DNA of 64,000 nucleotides from an uncultured Actinomycetes bacterium (GTDB taxonomy: Bacteria > Actinomycetota > UBA4738 > HRBIN12). Made by a program: the position numbers and the translations under genes. The stretch lies in NCBI GenBank assembly GCA_963734685.1, contig CAVTIC010000001.1, positions 1,102,421 through 1,166,420 on the forward strand, written 5' to 3'. This document shows, in pieces, positions 36,303 through 50,251 of this stretch (its first letter is position 1; every line of letters begins with the position of its first letter). Under the pieces are notes generated by a model that was not told the origin of the DNA, did no database searches, and saw only the letters and a program-made list of their open reading frames with translations.

Positions 36303-36986
36303 TTACCCTCCGACGGGGAGCACGGCGATCACGCGAACGCCGCGTCCGGGGGTGGACTCGACCTCGATCGAGCCCCCGATCTCGTGTACCCGGGTCTGCA
36401 ACAGGCGCAGCCCGAAATGTGGATCGTCGTCGGTGACCGCTGCGATACCGCGGCCCCGGTCCTCGACCTCGACCCGAAGCTCCCCGAGCCCGGCGATCAC
36501 TCGCACGGCCACGTCCTTCGACCCGGAGTGCTTGGCGGCGTTCGCGAGCGCCTCGCCCACGACCCCCTGCGCGGCATCGAGCACCGCCTCGGGCACCGCG
36601 TCGATGTCGCCCTCGATCGTGACCCGCGCCGGCAGCTTCCAACGATCGACCAGTTCGCGAACGAACGTGGCGAACGATGGATCGACGTGAAGCCTGCCCT
36701 CGTCGAGCTGGAACAAGACCTCGCGGATCTCGCTGAGATCGTGTCGGATCGAGTCCTCGATCTCCGCGAGCATCTCGACGGCCCTCGTCGGGTCGGCTTC
36801 GATGCGGTGTCGGAGCGCCTGCAACTCGAGGATCGCGCTCGTGACCGACTGTGTGAGCCCGTCGTGGATCGTCATCGCCCATCGCGTCCGCTCCTCGAGC
36901 ATCAGCGACTCGACCGAGGCCAGCACGGTCTTCGCGCTCGGATCCGCGAGTTCGGACGCCTGTGCGTGTTCCCTGGGAACGCTCAC
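36303..36986 (-). CDS. Soluble (TM-less) histidine kinase, HisKA_3 type
   Basis: 227 aa; H-box 'RTRWAMTIHDGLTQSV' (HisKA_3), HATPase 'VGEALANAAKHSGSK', 'VEDRGRGI', 'GLRLLQTRVHEIGG'; directly upstream of the RR. Confidence 0.8.
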   Translation of the reverse strand: MSVPREHAQASELADPSAKTVLASVESLMLEERTRWAMTIHDGLTQSVTSAILELQALRHRIEADPTRAVEMLAEIEDSIRHDLSEIREVLFQLDEGRLHVDPSFATFVRELVDRWKLPARVTIEGDIDAVPEAVLDAAQGVVGEALANAAKHSGSKDVAVRVIAGLGELRVEVEDRGRGIAAVTDDDPHFGLRLLQTRVHEIGGSIEVESTPGRGVRVIAVLPVGG

Positions 36987-37202
36987 TGCCGGGGTTCGTC
37001 CCTTCGGTCGGGGCCTTTGGTTCTAGTGTCGATCGGGGCCGTTCGTTCTAGTGCCTTTTCGGCATGCAAGGGCCCTGCCTTGACCGTTCGGGCGCGGAAG
37101 CACGGCGGTGGAAGCGATCCGCGGCCTTGCTCCGGGGTCCGCTGGAGAGCACCATCGGAGTCGTATGCCTCAGGATGGTTGCGCTGCAGCCCGGAAGGTC
37201 GA

Positions 37203-37256
37203 CTTGTCAATGGAATACTCAACTTCTATGGTGTGTTGAGGCTTAGGAGACTCGGG
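37203..37256 (+). promoter_or_regulatory. HAIR-like (HspR-associated inverted repeat) elements in the dnaK promoter region
   Basis: 'CTTGtcA-ATGGAAT-ACTCAAc' (consensus CTTGAGT-N7-ACTCAAG) followed by 'GTTGAGg-cttagga-gACTCgg'; local GC drop; hspR lies downstream in the operon. Confidence 0.5.
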
Positions 37257-37291
37257 AGCCCGGCTCCCCAAGATCCGCGAGACGAGAGGAG

Positions 37292-39178
<1,887 letters not shown>

Positions 39179-39802
39179 GTGACGCCGGACGATATCGAAC
39201 GGGAGCGGGAGGAGCAGCCCCGCGTCCGCATCACGGACCGACGGCGGTTCGCGAACCTGAGCGACGAGGGGGTCCCGGCCGGTGCGGCCGGGACCACCCC
39301 CGCCGATGCAGCCGTGGACGAGACCGCAGATCAGGATGCCGCGGAGGTCGCGGGCGACCTGCAGGCTGCGCAGGGCGAGGCCCAGCAGTACCTCGACCAC
39401 CTGCGGCGGCTGCAGGCGGAGTTCGACAATTACCGCAAGCGGGTCGCGAAGGAGCAGACGGAGCTCGCAGAGCTGGGCGCGATGCCCGTCGCGCGTCGGC
39501 TGCTGGAGGTGCTCGACGATTTCGAGCTCGCGCTGATGTCGGCGAACGACCAGCCGGACTTCGACCGCTTCCTGAAGGGTGTGGAGCTCGTGTACGCGAA
39601 GCTCCTCGACGCGTTGAAGGCCGAGGGGCTCGAGCGGATGCACGCCGAGGGCACGCCCTTCGATCCCGAGCGGCACGAGGCACTCATGCAGACGGGCGAC
39701 GGCGAGGGCGATCCCGTCGTCGCCGACGTGCTGCGGCCCGGCTACACCCTGAAGGGCCGCGTGCTGCGACCGGCCGGGGTGCGCGTGGAACGCAAGGACT
39801 AG
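39179..39802 (+). CDS. grpE: Nucleotide exchange factor GrpE
   Basis: '[19 protein letters not shown]' GrpE signature; directly follows dnaK. Confidence 0.9.
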   Translation: MTPDDIEREREEQPRVRITDRRRFANLSDEGVPAGAAGTTPADAAVDETADQDAAEVAGDLQAAQGEAQQYLDHLRRLQAEFDNYRKRVAKEQTELAELGAMPVARRLLEVLDDFELALMSANDQPDFDRFLKGVELVYAKLLDALKAEGLERMHAEGTPFDPERHEALMQTGDGEGDPVVADVLRPGYTLKGRVLRPAGVRVERKD

Positions 39803-39834
39803 CGGGGTACGCCCCGCGGGAAGGAAGTATCCGG

Positions 39835-40992
39835 ATGGCGGAGGAGGTTCGCCGCGAGTGGTTCGAGAAGGACTACTACGGCGTGCTGGGCGTTCCCAAG
39901 AACGCCTCGGCCTCCGAGATCAAGAAGGCCTATCGGAAGCTGGCCCAGCAGTTCCACCCCGATGCGAACCCTGGCAACGACGACGCCGAGGAACGGTTCA
40001 AGGAGATCTCGGCCGCCTACGACGTGCTCGGCGACGAGGAGAAGCGGAAGTCGTACGACCAGGTGCGCGAGATGGGCGCGTCCGGCTTCGGCGGGTTCGG
40101 GCCGGGAGGTGCCGGGGCGTCGGGGGGCGGGGGCTGGCCCGGCGGTGTGGGCGGCGCGGGCACGGTGAACGTCGAGGATCTCGGCGACATCTTCGGCGGA
40201 TTGTTCGGGGGTGCGGGGCGCGGGCGGTCGCGAACGGCATCGCGCCCCCAGCGCGGTACCGACCTCGAGACCGACGTCCGCGTCACGTTCGACCAGGCGA
40301 TGACCGGCACCACGGTACCGGTGAAGATCACCGGACCGGCCGTCTGTGAGACGTGCCACGGCTCCGGTGCGGCACCCGGCACGAGCCCGATCATCTGTCC
40401 CGAGTGCGGGGGCAGCGGCGAGATCGCCGTGAACCAGGGGTTCTTCTCGATGGCGCAGCCGTGCCGACGGTGCCGGGCGACCGGACGCATCGTGGAGACT
40501 CCATGCCCGACATGCAAAGGAGCCGGAGCGGTGCGGCGCACACGCACCTTCCAGGTGAGGATCCCGGCGGGGGTCAAGGACGGCGCGCGCATCAAGCTGG
40601 CGGACCGCGGCGAGCCGGGGCCGGCCGGTGGCAAGCCGGGTGACCTCTACGTCCGTGTGAAGGTGGCGTCGCACGACGTCTTCGGGCGCAAGGGCGACAA
40701 CCTGACGCTGACGCTCCCCGTCTCGTTCCCCGAGGCGGCGCTCGGAGCGAACGTGCAGGTGCCCACCTTGAACGGGCCGGTCACCCTCAAGGTTCCCTCG
40801 GGAACCCCGAGTGGGAAGACCTTCCGCATCAAGGGCAAAGGCGCACCGAAGGCCAAGGGAGGCCAGGGCGACTTGCTCGTGACGACGCAGGTGGACGTGC
40901 CGGGCAGGCTCTCGAAGGACCAGAAGCACCTCCTGCAGCAGTTGCGGGAGGCACAGAAGGAATCACCCCGGAAGTCGTTGGGCGTGTCGTGA
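39835..40992 (+). CDS. dnaJ: Chaperone DnaJ
   Basis: J-domain 'DYYGVLGV...[15 protein letters not shown]', G/F-rich region, four CxxCxGxG zinc-finger repeats. Confidence 0.95.
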   Translation: MAEEVRREWFEKDYYGVLGVPKNASASEIKKAYRKLAQQFHPDANPGNDDAEERFKEISAAYDVLGDEEKRKSYDQVREMGASGFGGFGPGGAGASGGGGWPGGVGGAGTVNVEDLGDIFGGLFGGAGRGRSRTASRPQRGTDLETDVRVTFDQAMTGTTVPVKITGPAVCETCHGSGAAPGTSPIICPECGGSGEIAVNQGFFSMAQPCRRCRATGRIVETPCPTCKGAGAVRRTRTFQVRIPAGVKDGARIKLADRGEPGPAGGKPGDLYVRVKVASHDVFGRKGDNLTLTLPVSFPEAALGANVQVPTLNGPVTLKVPSGTPSGKTFRIKGKGAPKAKGGQGDLLVTTQVDVPGRLSKDQKHLLQQLREAQKESPRKSLGVS

Positions 40993-41027
40993 CCGACCGC
41001 CGATCGAGCGGAGTGAGAGGACGAACG

Positions 41028-41420
41028 ATGGCGGAGCAGGAACGAGGCGTCGACGATCGCGCGGTGTTCATCATCAGCGTGGCGGCCGAGCTGGCGGGGG
41101 TGCACCCACAGACCCTGCGCATCTACGAGCGGAAGGGCCTGGTGCGGCCCGAGCGCACGTCCGGGAACACACGCCGGTACTCGCAGGCCGACATCGACCG
41201 GCTCCTCGCGATCCAGGAGCTGACCGACGAAGGGGTGAACCTGGCAGGGGTGAAGCGCATCATCGATCTTCGGGCCGAGGTGGAAGCGCTGCGTCACCAG
41301 GTGGAGGACCTGCGAGCCCAGTTGGCCCACCGCCGGGCGATCGCGATGCCCGGTCGGCGCTCCGGCGAGATCGTGCCGCTCCGCTCCGTGTTCGCCGCCC
41401 CGTGGGAGCATCGCTCGTGA
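41028..41420 (+). CDS. hspR: Heat-shock repressor HspR (MerR family)
   Basis: 'FIISVAAELAGVHPQTLRIYERKGLVRPERTSGNTRRYSQADIDRLLAIQEL' MerR HTH as in HspR; ATG 41028 preferred (RBS GAGAGGA upstream); alternative GTG at 40989 overlaps the dnaJ stop. Confidence 0.85.
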   Translation: MAEQERGVDDRAVFIISVAAELAGVHPQTLRIYERKGLVRPERTSGNTRRYSQADIDRLLAIQELTDEGVNLAGVKRIIDLRAEVEALRHQVEDLRAQLAHRRAIAMPGRRSGEIVPLRSVFAAPWEHRS

Positions 41421-41958
41421 CGAAGCTCGCCGGTGACCGGGTGACGCTCCGCGCCTATCGGGACGACGAGGCGGCGATCCTCGCGTCCACTTGGGCAGAC
41501 GCCGAATGGTTCGCGCCCAGGGGCACGGGGCCGCGCGAGCTCGCCGAACGGGTGCGTGAGCGCATCCGCCGATCGGGCGGGTTCGCCGACGGCGTGGTGA
41601 TCCTCGCGATCGAGGCGGACAGACGGCTCGTCGGCGAGGTGCAGGCGCGTCAGCCCGTGAACGGCCTGCCGCCGGGCGTGTTCGAGCTCGGTGTCGAGCT
41701 GTTCGAGGACGGCGACCGCGGGAGGGGCCTCGGCGCCGACGCGGTCGCCGCACTCACTCGGCACCTCTTCACGGACGAGGGGGCGCACCGCGTGCAACTC
41801 ACGACCGATGTCGACAATGCGGCGATGCGCCGGGTCGCCGAGCGCCTGGGGTTCAGGTTCGAAGGCGTGTTGCGATCGTTCATGCCGAGCGGCGATGGTC
41901 CGCGCGACTACGCGATGTACGCGATCACGAAACAGGATCACGAGGACCGGAACGACGC

Positions 41959-41968
<10 letters not shown>
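41417..41968 (+). CDS. GNAT family N-acetyltransferase (RimJ/RimL-like)
   Basis: Acetyl-CoA pocket motif '[50 protein letters not shown]'; GTG start overlaps the hspR stop (GTGA); 3' end overlaps the clpB start by 10 nt. Confidence 0.7.
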
Positions 41969-44541
<2,573 letters not shown>

Positions 44542-44597
44542 TCCGCTTCGGATCAACGGGCGTCAAGGGCGGGCGGCCGCACGCCGATTCGTCCTCC

Positions 44598-45371
44598 ATG
44601 GGTTGGTGGCTCATCGGGGCAGCGATCGTCGCGAGCGTAGTGGCGGTGTGGCGGGCACGGCGTCGCCACGGACGCGCGCGGAGCCTGATGCTGCTCTGCC
44701 GGCGCGCCGACCTGGAGTACTCGCCGATCGATCCGTTCCCCGACACCCTGTGGCTACCGTTCCGGTGGTTGGGCGAGGGTCGATGGGCTCGGAGCGAGAA
44801 CGTCGTGTGGAACCGTGCCGAGGGCGACGACGTTCGGGCCTTCGACCTCTCGGTCGAGGAGCCTCCGAGCCGCGAGGACCTGCCGGGTTCCACTCGGCGG
44901 TACAGCTGCGCGACGGTCTCGCTCGTATCCGGGTGCCCTCGGTTCGAGATCGCGCCCCGTGACCTGTTCGGCGACGCGGCCGAGGCGTTCGGTTCGTCCG
45001 ACGTCGAGTTCGAGCTCGAGGCGTTCAACCGGAGATTCCGGGTGCGTGCGGCCGATCGCCGGTTCGCGGTCGCCTTCTGCGATCAGCGGATGATGCGGGC
45101 GATGCTCGAACTCCCACCCGGCGTCACCATCGCGGTCAACGAGGATCGGATGCTGTTCCGCGCATCGATCCTGCCACCCGCCGAGGTCCTGCTGCTGTTC
45201 GAAGCTGCCCGCACGATACGGCGCCTCGTGCCGCCGGTGGTGGCGAGCCTGTATCCGCCGCGCCCTGCGAAGGGGAGACACGAGGACCGCTGGCTGCAGG
45301 GACGATGGTCCCCTGACCCGATCGGCGACGATCACGGCGGGACGGCGGCCGCTCAGGGCGGTCGCCGTTGA
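44598..45371 (+). CDS. Hypothetical membrane-anchored protein, paralog A of a tandem pair
   Basis: N-terminal TM; shares with the downstream gene 'FN/DRRF.VRAADRRFA...D.RMM..L.L.PPGV...........' and C-terminal 'VPPVVASLYP'. Confidence 0.5.
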   Translation: MGWWLIGAAIVASVVAVWRARRRHGRARSLMLLCRRADLEYSPIDPFPDTLWLPFRWLGEGRWARSENVVWNRAEGDDVRAFDLSVEEPPSREDLPGSTRRYSCATVSLVSGCPRFEIAPRDLFGDAAEAFGSSDVEFELEAFNRRFRVRAADRRFAVAFCDQRMMRAMLELPPGVTIAVNEDRMLFRASILPPAEVLLLFEAARTIRRLVPPVVASLYPPRPAKGRHEDRWLQGRWSPDPIGDDHGGTAAAQGGRR

Positions 45372-46183
45372 GGCCTGCGACCGCCCTGCGCATCGCCGTC
45401 GGCATCGGGGTCGTCTGGTCCGCAACGGTGCTGCTCCTGCTCGCCACCGGCGATCCCGATGCCCCTGGGTTGCTCAGGCAGCTGTTGGCGGTCTCGTTCA
45501 CCGTGGGCGGGATCGCGTGGGCCGGCTACCGGTATCGGATCCTTCCCCGGCGGGGATCGTTCGAGAGCCAGGCGAGGGACGCGGGCTTGCAGGCGCAGGC
45601 CGGTGATCCGCTCGGGCTCTTGCGGATGCCGTTCGCGTTGTTCCGGCGCTCGGCGTCGGCTCGTGATCTGGAGAACACCGCGTGGGGGCTCCGGAACGAC
45701 CGGGAGACCGTGGTCGCCGACTACTGGCTGGCACCCAGCTCGGACACGACACGCGACGACTACGAGCGCTTCGTGTGTGTCATCGACGAGGCCCGACCTG
45801 AGTGGCCGAACCTCTCCGTCGTGCCGACCGGCCTCGCCTCGATCCTGAAGGGTGCCGTGGGACTGGACGACGTGGACCTGGAGTCCGACCGGTTCGACCG
45901 CGCGTTCGATGTCCGCACGACCGACCGGAGGTTCGCCTCGGCGCTGCTCGACGCTCGGATGATGGAGTGGTTGCTGCTCCAGCCACCTGGTGTGGGCTTC
46001 GAAGTGGTGGGCGGGAAGCTCATGGTGTTCGGGCCCAGACCCCGGACGAGCATCGACGATCTCCCTCGGGCGCTCATGAGATTCGACGGTTTCCTCGATC
46101 AGGTTCCCCCGGTCGTTTCGTCGTTGTACCCGATCGCGGCTCGTGTTCCCGCGACGACCCCACCCGTCCGGCCGGATCTGTGA
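45368..46183 (+). CDS. Hypothetical membrane-anchored protein, paralog B of a tandem pair
   Basis: TTG start overlapping the upstream stop (TTGA); two N-terminal TM helices; 'FDRAFDVRTTDRRFASALLDARMMEWLLLQPPGVGFEVVGGKLMVF...VPPVVSSLYP' parallels paralog A. Confidence 0.5.
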   Translation: MRPATALRIAVGIGVVWSATVLLLLATGDPDAPGLLRQLLAVSFTVGGIAWAGYRYRILPRRGSFESQARDAGLQAQAGDPLGLLRMPFALFRRSASARDLENTAWGLRNDRETVVADYWLAPSSDTTRDDYERFVCVIDEARPEWPNLSVVPTGLASILKGAVGLDDVDLESDRFDRAFDVRTTDRRFASALLDARMMEWLLLQPPGVGFEVVGGKLMVFGPRPRTSIDDLPRALMRFDGFLDQVPPVVSSLYPIAARVPATTPPVRPDL

Positions 46184-46291
46184 ACGAGCGGGGCGTCGAT
46201 CCGCGACCCGGCGGAGCGCCGTAGAGCATGGGGGCCCGACCACTCATCACCGGGGTAGGCTGAGCGAACCGTCGGACCGAAGGGGAGCGTC

Positions 46292-47044
46292 GTGGGGATC
46301 TGGGTCGCCATCTTGATCGGGTTGATCGCGCTCGTGGCGATCGGCTCCATCGTCTCGTACAACCGCTTCGTCTCGCAGAAGACGCTCATCAAGGACTCAT
46401 GGGCCAACATCGACACCGAGCTGCGACGCCGGTACGACTTGATCCCGAACCTGGTCGAGACGGTCAAGGGCTACGCCTCGCACGAGAGGGAGGTGCTCGA
46501 GAACGTCACGCGCGCCCGCGCGATGGCGGCGGGTGCCACAGGGTCGCCGGCCGAACAGGCCGCGGCGGAAGCCCCGCTCGTCGCGGCGCTGCGACAGCTG
46601 ATGCTGGTCGTCGAGAACTACCCTGATCTGAAGGCGAACCAGAACTTCCTGGAACTGCAAGGTGAGCTCACCAACACCGAGGATCGCTTGCAGACGGCGC
46701 GCCGGTTCTACAACGCGAACGTGCGTGACTACAACCGCCGGGTGAAGCAGTTCCCGTCGATGGTCGTGGCCAGCATGTTCAACTTCGAGGAAGAAGAGTT
46801 CTTCGAGGTCGAGGAAGGCATCCGTGTCGGGGGCGCCCCCCAGGTGGACTTCGGCTCCCCGAAGGGCTCTGGAGCGCCGCTCGCCGGCGAGACGCCGGCG
46901 CCTGCCGCCGGGAGCGAGGCGTCCGCCGCCGCGCCGGCCGTGCAGGAACCACCCGCGGCTGCCCCCCCGACGACCCCACCCCCACCGAACGACGACATCC
47001 CCGAGCCGCCCGGACAGCCAACTCCGCCGAACCCGGCCGGCTAA
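46292..47044 (+). CDS. LemA family protein with Pro-rich C-terminal tail
   Basis: N-terminal TM plus 'SYNRFVSQKTLIKDSWANIDTELRRRYDLIPNLVETVKGYASHEREVLENVTRAR...RRFYNANVRDYNRRVKQFPS' canonical LemA; tail 'PPAAAPPTTPPPPNDDIPEPPGQPTPPNPAG'. Confidence 0.8.
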   Translation: MGIWVAILIGLIALVAIGSIVSYNRFVSQKTLIKDSWANIDTELRRRYDLIPNLVETVKGYASHEREVLENVTRARAMAAGATGSPAEQAAAEAPLVAALRQLMLVVENYPDLKANQNFLELQGELTNTEDRLQTARRFYNANVRDYNRRVKQFPSMVVASMFNFEEEEFFEVEEGIRVGGAPQVDFGSPKGSGAPLAGETPAPAAGSEASAAAPAVQEPPAAAPPTTPPPPNDDIPEPPGQPTPPNPAG

Positions 47045-48351
47045 GGCTGGGTCGTCGGCCGAGAGAAGCCTTCCTCGGCTGTCTCGCGGCGGATCGCACG
47101 GGTGAGCGCGGTCCAGACGACCGCCCATACCACGGCCATCGCGCCCACGATCAGGGCCGAGGCCCGCGCGCCGATCGAGTCCGCGATCGCGGAGGCAACC
47201 AGGCTCGAGACCGCGAGCGACAGCGTGATCATCGCGAAGTCGACCGCGAACACGCGGCCTCGGATGTGGTCGGGCACCAGCACCTGCAGGCCGAACGTCG
47301 ACAACACCCACTGCGCCCCGCCCCCCAGGTGGGCCACGAAGATCACGGCTGCCGCCACCCACAAGGCAGGCGCCAGTCCGAGCGCCATGTACGAGATGCC
47401 GAAGACGGCGAGCGCGATCCCGATCGCGCCGAAGAGGCGGCGATGTCCTTCGCCGCTGATGCGGTGGCCGAGGAACGGGCCGACGAGGGCGCCGACGCCG
47501 CGGGCGGCCATGAGCGCGCCCACGCCGATCTCGCCGCGATCGAAGACCTCGGCGCCGAAGACGGGGATCAAGGCGAGCACGCCGGCGGCGAGCCCGAACC
47601 CCGCCTTCACGCCGATCAGGGCGAGCACTCGGTGGTCGCGCCGAGAGTACTGCAGCACCTCGATCGTCGCGTCGAGCATCTTCGGATGCTCATGCCCTGG
47701 CGCTCGCGGCTCGGCGAACGGGCGGCGGATACCCCACAAGAGCAGCGCCGAGAGGCCGAACGATGCCGCGTCGACGATGAACGCGACGTCGCGTCCGAAC
47801 ACCGTGGCCACGATGCCGCCGAGCCCGGCCCCGACCGCGAGCATCGTGCCCCACAACGACCCGCTGAGGGCGTTCGCGGTCGGCAGGTCCTGCGGGTCCA
47901 CGAGGTTCGGGGTCGCCGCCGATGAGGCCGGATCGAACGGCGCGCCGAAGACCGAGAGCAGGGCGAGCAGCGGATAGGCGAGCCAGATCGTGCCCGGCCC
48001 GACCAGCAGGAACGAGGCGCAGACGACGACACGCGCGAGATCGCAGACGATCATCAGCTTCCGCCGGTCGAGGCGGTCGACCAGCACGCCGGCCGGGGGC
48101 GAGGCAAGGAAGAACGCGAGTTCCTGGGCGAGGATCGCGAGCCCGACGTCGATCGCGCGTCCCGTCGTCTCGACGATCAGCGAGGTGATCGCCACGAACA
48201 GGAACCAGTCCCCGCCGAGCGAGATCACCGAGGCGAGGAAGAGCCGGCGGAAGTCGCGGTTGCGCTGCAGCAACGAGACGCTCGCCCGCAGTCCGGTGGT
48301 GGCCTCGAGTTCCCGGGCCTGGTCGTCGGGGATCGGTTCGTGCTCGGCCAT
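47041..48351 (-). CDS. MFS transporter (EntS/YbdA-like)
   Basis: 436 aa, 12 predicted TM; motif 'GVLVDRLDRRKLMIVCD' (MFS motif A-like). Confidence 0.8.
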   Translation of the reverse strand: MAEHEPIPDDQARELEATTGLRASVSLLQRNRDFRRLFLASVISLGGDWFLFVAITSLIVETTGRAIDVGLAILAQELAFFLASPPAGVLVDRLDRRKLMIVCDLARVVVCASFLLVGPGTIWLAYPLLALLSVFGAPFDPASSAATPNLVDPQDLPTANALSGSLWGTMLAVGAGLGGIVATVFGRDVAFIVDAASFGLSALLLWGIRRPFAEPRAPGHEHPKMLDATIEVLQYSRRDHRVLALIGVKAGFGLAAGVLALIPVFGAEVFDRGEIGVGALMAARGVGALVGPFLGHRISGEGHRRLFGAIGIALAVFGISYMALGLAPALWVAAAVIFVAHLGGGAQWVLSTFGLQVLVPDHIRGRVFAVDFAMITLSLAVSSLVASAIADSIGARASALIVGAMAVVWAVVWTALTRAIRRETAEEGFSRPTTQP

Positions 48352-48397
48352 GTCGGTCCGTCAGACTACCGATGCCCCGATCGGTGAGGAGACGGAG

Positions 48398-49042
48398 ATG
48401 CTCGAGCACGTCACGTGGTTCCGACAGGCGGCGTTGCGATGGCAGGACGACGAGCGAACGATCTACGTCGATCCCTGGGGCACCGGCGACGACTCACCTC
48501 CGGCGGACATGATCTTCATCACCCACGCCCACTTCGACCACTTCCGGCCCGACGAGATCGAGCGGCTCCGTCGGGACGGCACGGCGCTCGTCGCGCCGCA
48601 CGACGTCGCCCGAGAGCTCTCGGGCGACGTCACCCCCGTGCGCCCCGGGGAGTCGCACGAGGTGGCCGGTGTCCGGTTCGCAACCGTGCCCGCGTACAAC
48701 ACCCGAGAGGAAGCATCGGAGTTCCACCCGCGCGCCAACGACTGGGTCGGCTACGTGATCGAGCTCGGCGGCACGACGTACTACCACGCGGGCGACACCG
48801 ACCACGCGCCGGAGCTCGACGACGTGCGGGCCGACGTCGCGTTCCTCCCGATCGGAGGGCGTTTCACGATGGACTGGCGAGCCGCCGCGGGGCTGGCGAA
48901 GACGATCGAGCCGTCGGTGGCGGTGCCGATCCACTTCGGCTTCGTGATCTGCTCACCCTCGGACGGCATTCGCTTCCGCGACGCCGCGGCTCCCGTGCCG
49001 GTGGAGCTGCTGGCGCCGGTCGACGACTTCGAGCAAGAGTGA
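48398..49042 (+). CDS. MBL-fold metallo-hydrolase
   Basis: 'MIFITHAHFDHF' (HxHxDH) and 'YYHAGDTDH'; ATG 48398 selected within the longer track ORF. Confidence 0.65.
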   Translation: MLEHVTWFRQAALRWQDDERTIYVDPWGTGDDSPPADMIFITHAHFDHFRPDEIERLRRDGTALVAPHDVARELSGDVTPVRPGESHEVAGVRFATVPAYNTREEASEFHPRANDWVGYVIELGGTTYYHAGDTDHAPELDDVRADVAFLPIGGRFTMDWRAAAGLAKTIEPSVAVPIHFGFVICSPSDGIRFRDAAAPVPVELLAPVDDFEQE

Positions 49043-49108
49043 CCCAGCGTCGGGCATCGATACGATGCGGGTATCAGGCGATCGATCGACAGAGACGAGG
49101 AGACGACG

Positions 49109-50014
49109 ATGACGCTCGGCTACGGGGGGAAGCTCTTCATCCTGGCGTTCGACCACCGCGGGTCGTTCCAGAAGAAGTTCTTCGGCGTCGAGGGGGCGGC
49201 CAGCCCCGAGGAGGCCGAACGCATCATCGACGCGAAGCGCGTGATCTTCGAGGGCATGCAACGTGCCCTCGCCGAAGGGCTCGACGCATCGACCGCGGGG
49301 GTGCTCGTCGACGAGCAGTTCGGCACGCAGGTCGCGATGGACGCGAAGCAGGCGGGCATGGTGCTCGCGATGCCGGCCGAGAAGTCGGGCCAGGACGAGT
49401 TCGACTTCGAGTACGGATCGGAGTTCACGGCGCACATCGAGTCGTTCGACCCGACCTTCACCAAGGTGCTCGTGCGGTACAACCCCCAGGGCGACGGTGG
49501 GGTGAACGCTCGGCAGTCGGTGCGGCTCAAGGAGCTGTCTGACTGGCTGCACCACACCGGGCGGCGGTTCCTGTTCGAGTTGCTCGTGCCGGCCGAGCCC
49601 CATCAGCTGGAGTCGGTGGGGAACGACGGTCTCCGCTACGACCGCGAGGTCCGCCCCCACTTGATGAAGGTCGCGATCGCCGAGCTCCAAGAGACGGGCA
49701 TCGAGGCGGACATCTGGAAGATCGAAGGCATCGACGACCCGGCGATGTGCGCCGAGATCGCCGAGCAGTGCCGCATCGGCGGGCGTGACGGTGTCGGGTG
49801 CGTCGTGCTCGGCCGCGGCGCCGACGATGCGGCGGTGGACGCGTGGCTGCGCGCGGCACGGCAGGTCCCGGGGTACCAGGGGTTCGCGATCGGCCGATCG
49901 ATCTGGTGGAACCCGCTGAAGTTCTTCGTCGACGGCGCGTTGCCGCGCGATGAGGCGGTCGTGCAGATCGCGAACAACTACCGGCGCTTCGTCGCGGTGT
50001 ACGAGGAGGGGTGA
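49109..50014 (+). CDS. DUF2090 domain protein (IolC C-terminal-like, class I aldolase fold)
   Basis: 301 aa; 'LFILAFDHRGSF', 'VLVRYNPQGD', 'RFLFELLVP', 'ADIWKIEGID' resemble the DUF2090 module found fused to IolC kinases. Confidence 0.55.
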   Translation: MTLGYGGKLFILAFDHRGSFQKKFFGVEGAASPEEAERIIDAKRVIFEGMQRALAEGLDASTAGVLVDEQFGTQVAMDAKQAGMVLAMPAEKSGQDEFDFEYGSEFTAHIESFDPTFTKVLVRYNPQGDGGVNARQSVRLKELSDWLHHTGRRFLFELLVPAEPHQLESVGNDGLRYDREVRPHLMKVAIAELQETGIEADIWKIEGIDDPAMCAEIAEQCRIGGRDGVGCVVLGRGADDAAVDAWLRAARQVPGYQGFAIGRSIWWNPLKFFVDGALPRDEAVVQIANNYRRFVAVYEEG

Positions 50015-50020
50015 CCGACG

Positions 50021-50224
50021 ATGGCGGTGATCAAGACGATCGACCTCGTGGGCGTCTCCGGCGAGTCGTGGCGGGCGGCCGCGCAGGAGGCCCTCGCGGA
50101 GGCGTCGAAGACGATCCGTGGCATCGAGGGCATGGACATCCTCGAGACCTCGGCCCGGGTGGAGAGCGGACAGATCACCGAATACCAGACGCACGTGCGC
50201 ATCCGATTCCGCATCGAGCAGTAA
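50021..50224 (+). CDS. Dodecin family flavin-binding protein
   Basis: 67 aa; 'VIKTIDLVGVSGESWRAAAQEALAEASKTIRGIEGMDILETSARVESGQITEYQTHVRIRFRIE' matches the dodecin beta-alpha-beta-beta pattern and size. Confidence 0.7.
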   Translation: MAVIKTIDLVGVSGESWRAAAQEALAEASKTIRGIEGMDILETSARVESGQITEYQTHVRIRFRIEQ

Positions 50225-50251
50225 CGGGGAAGGATCGCCGGATCGGGCGCG

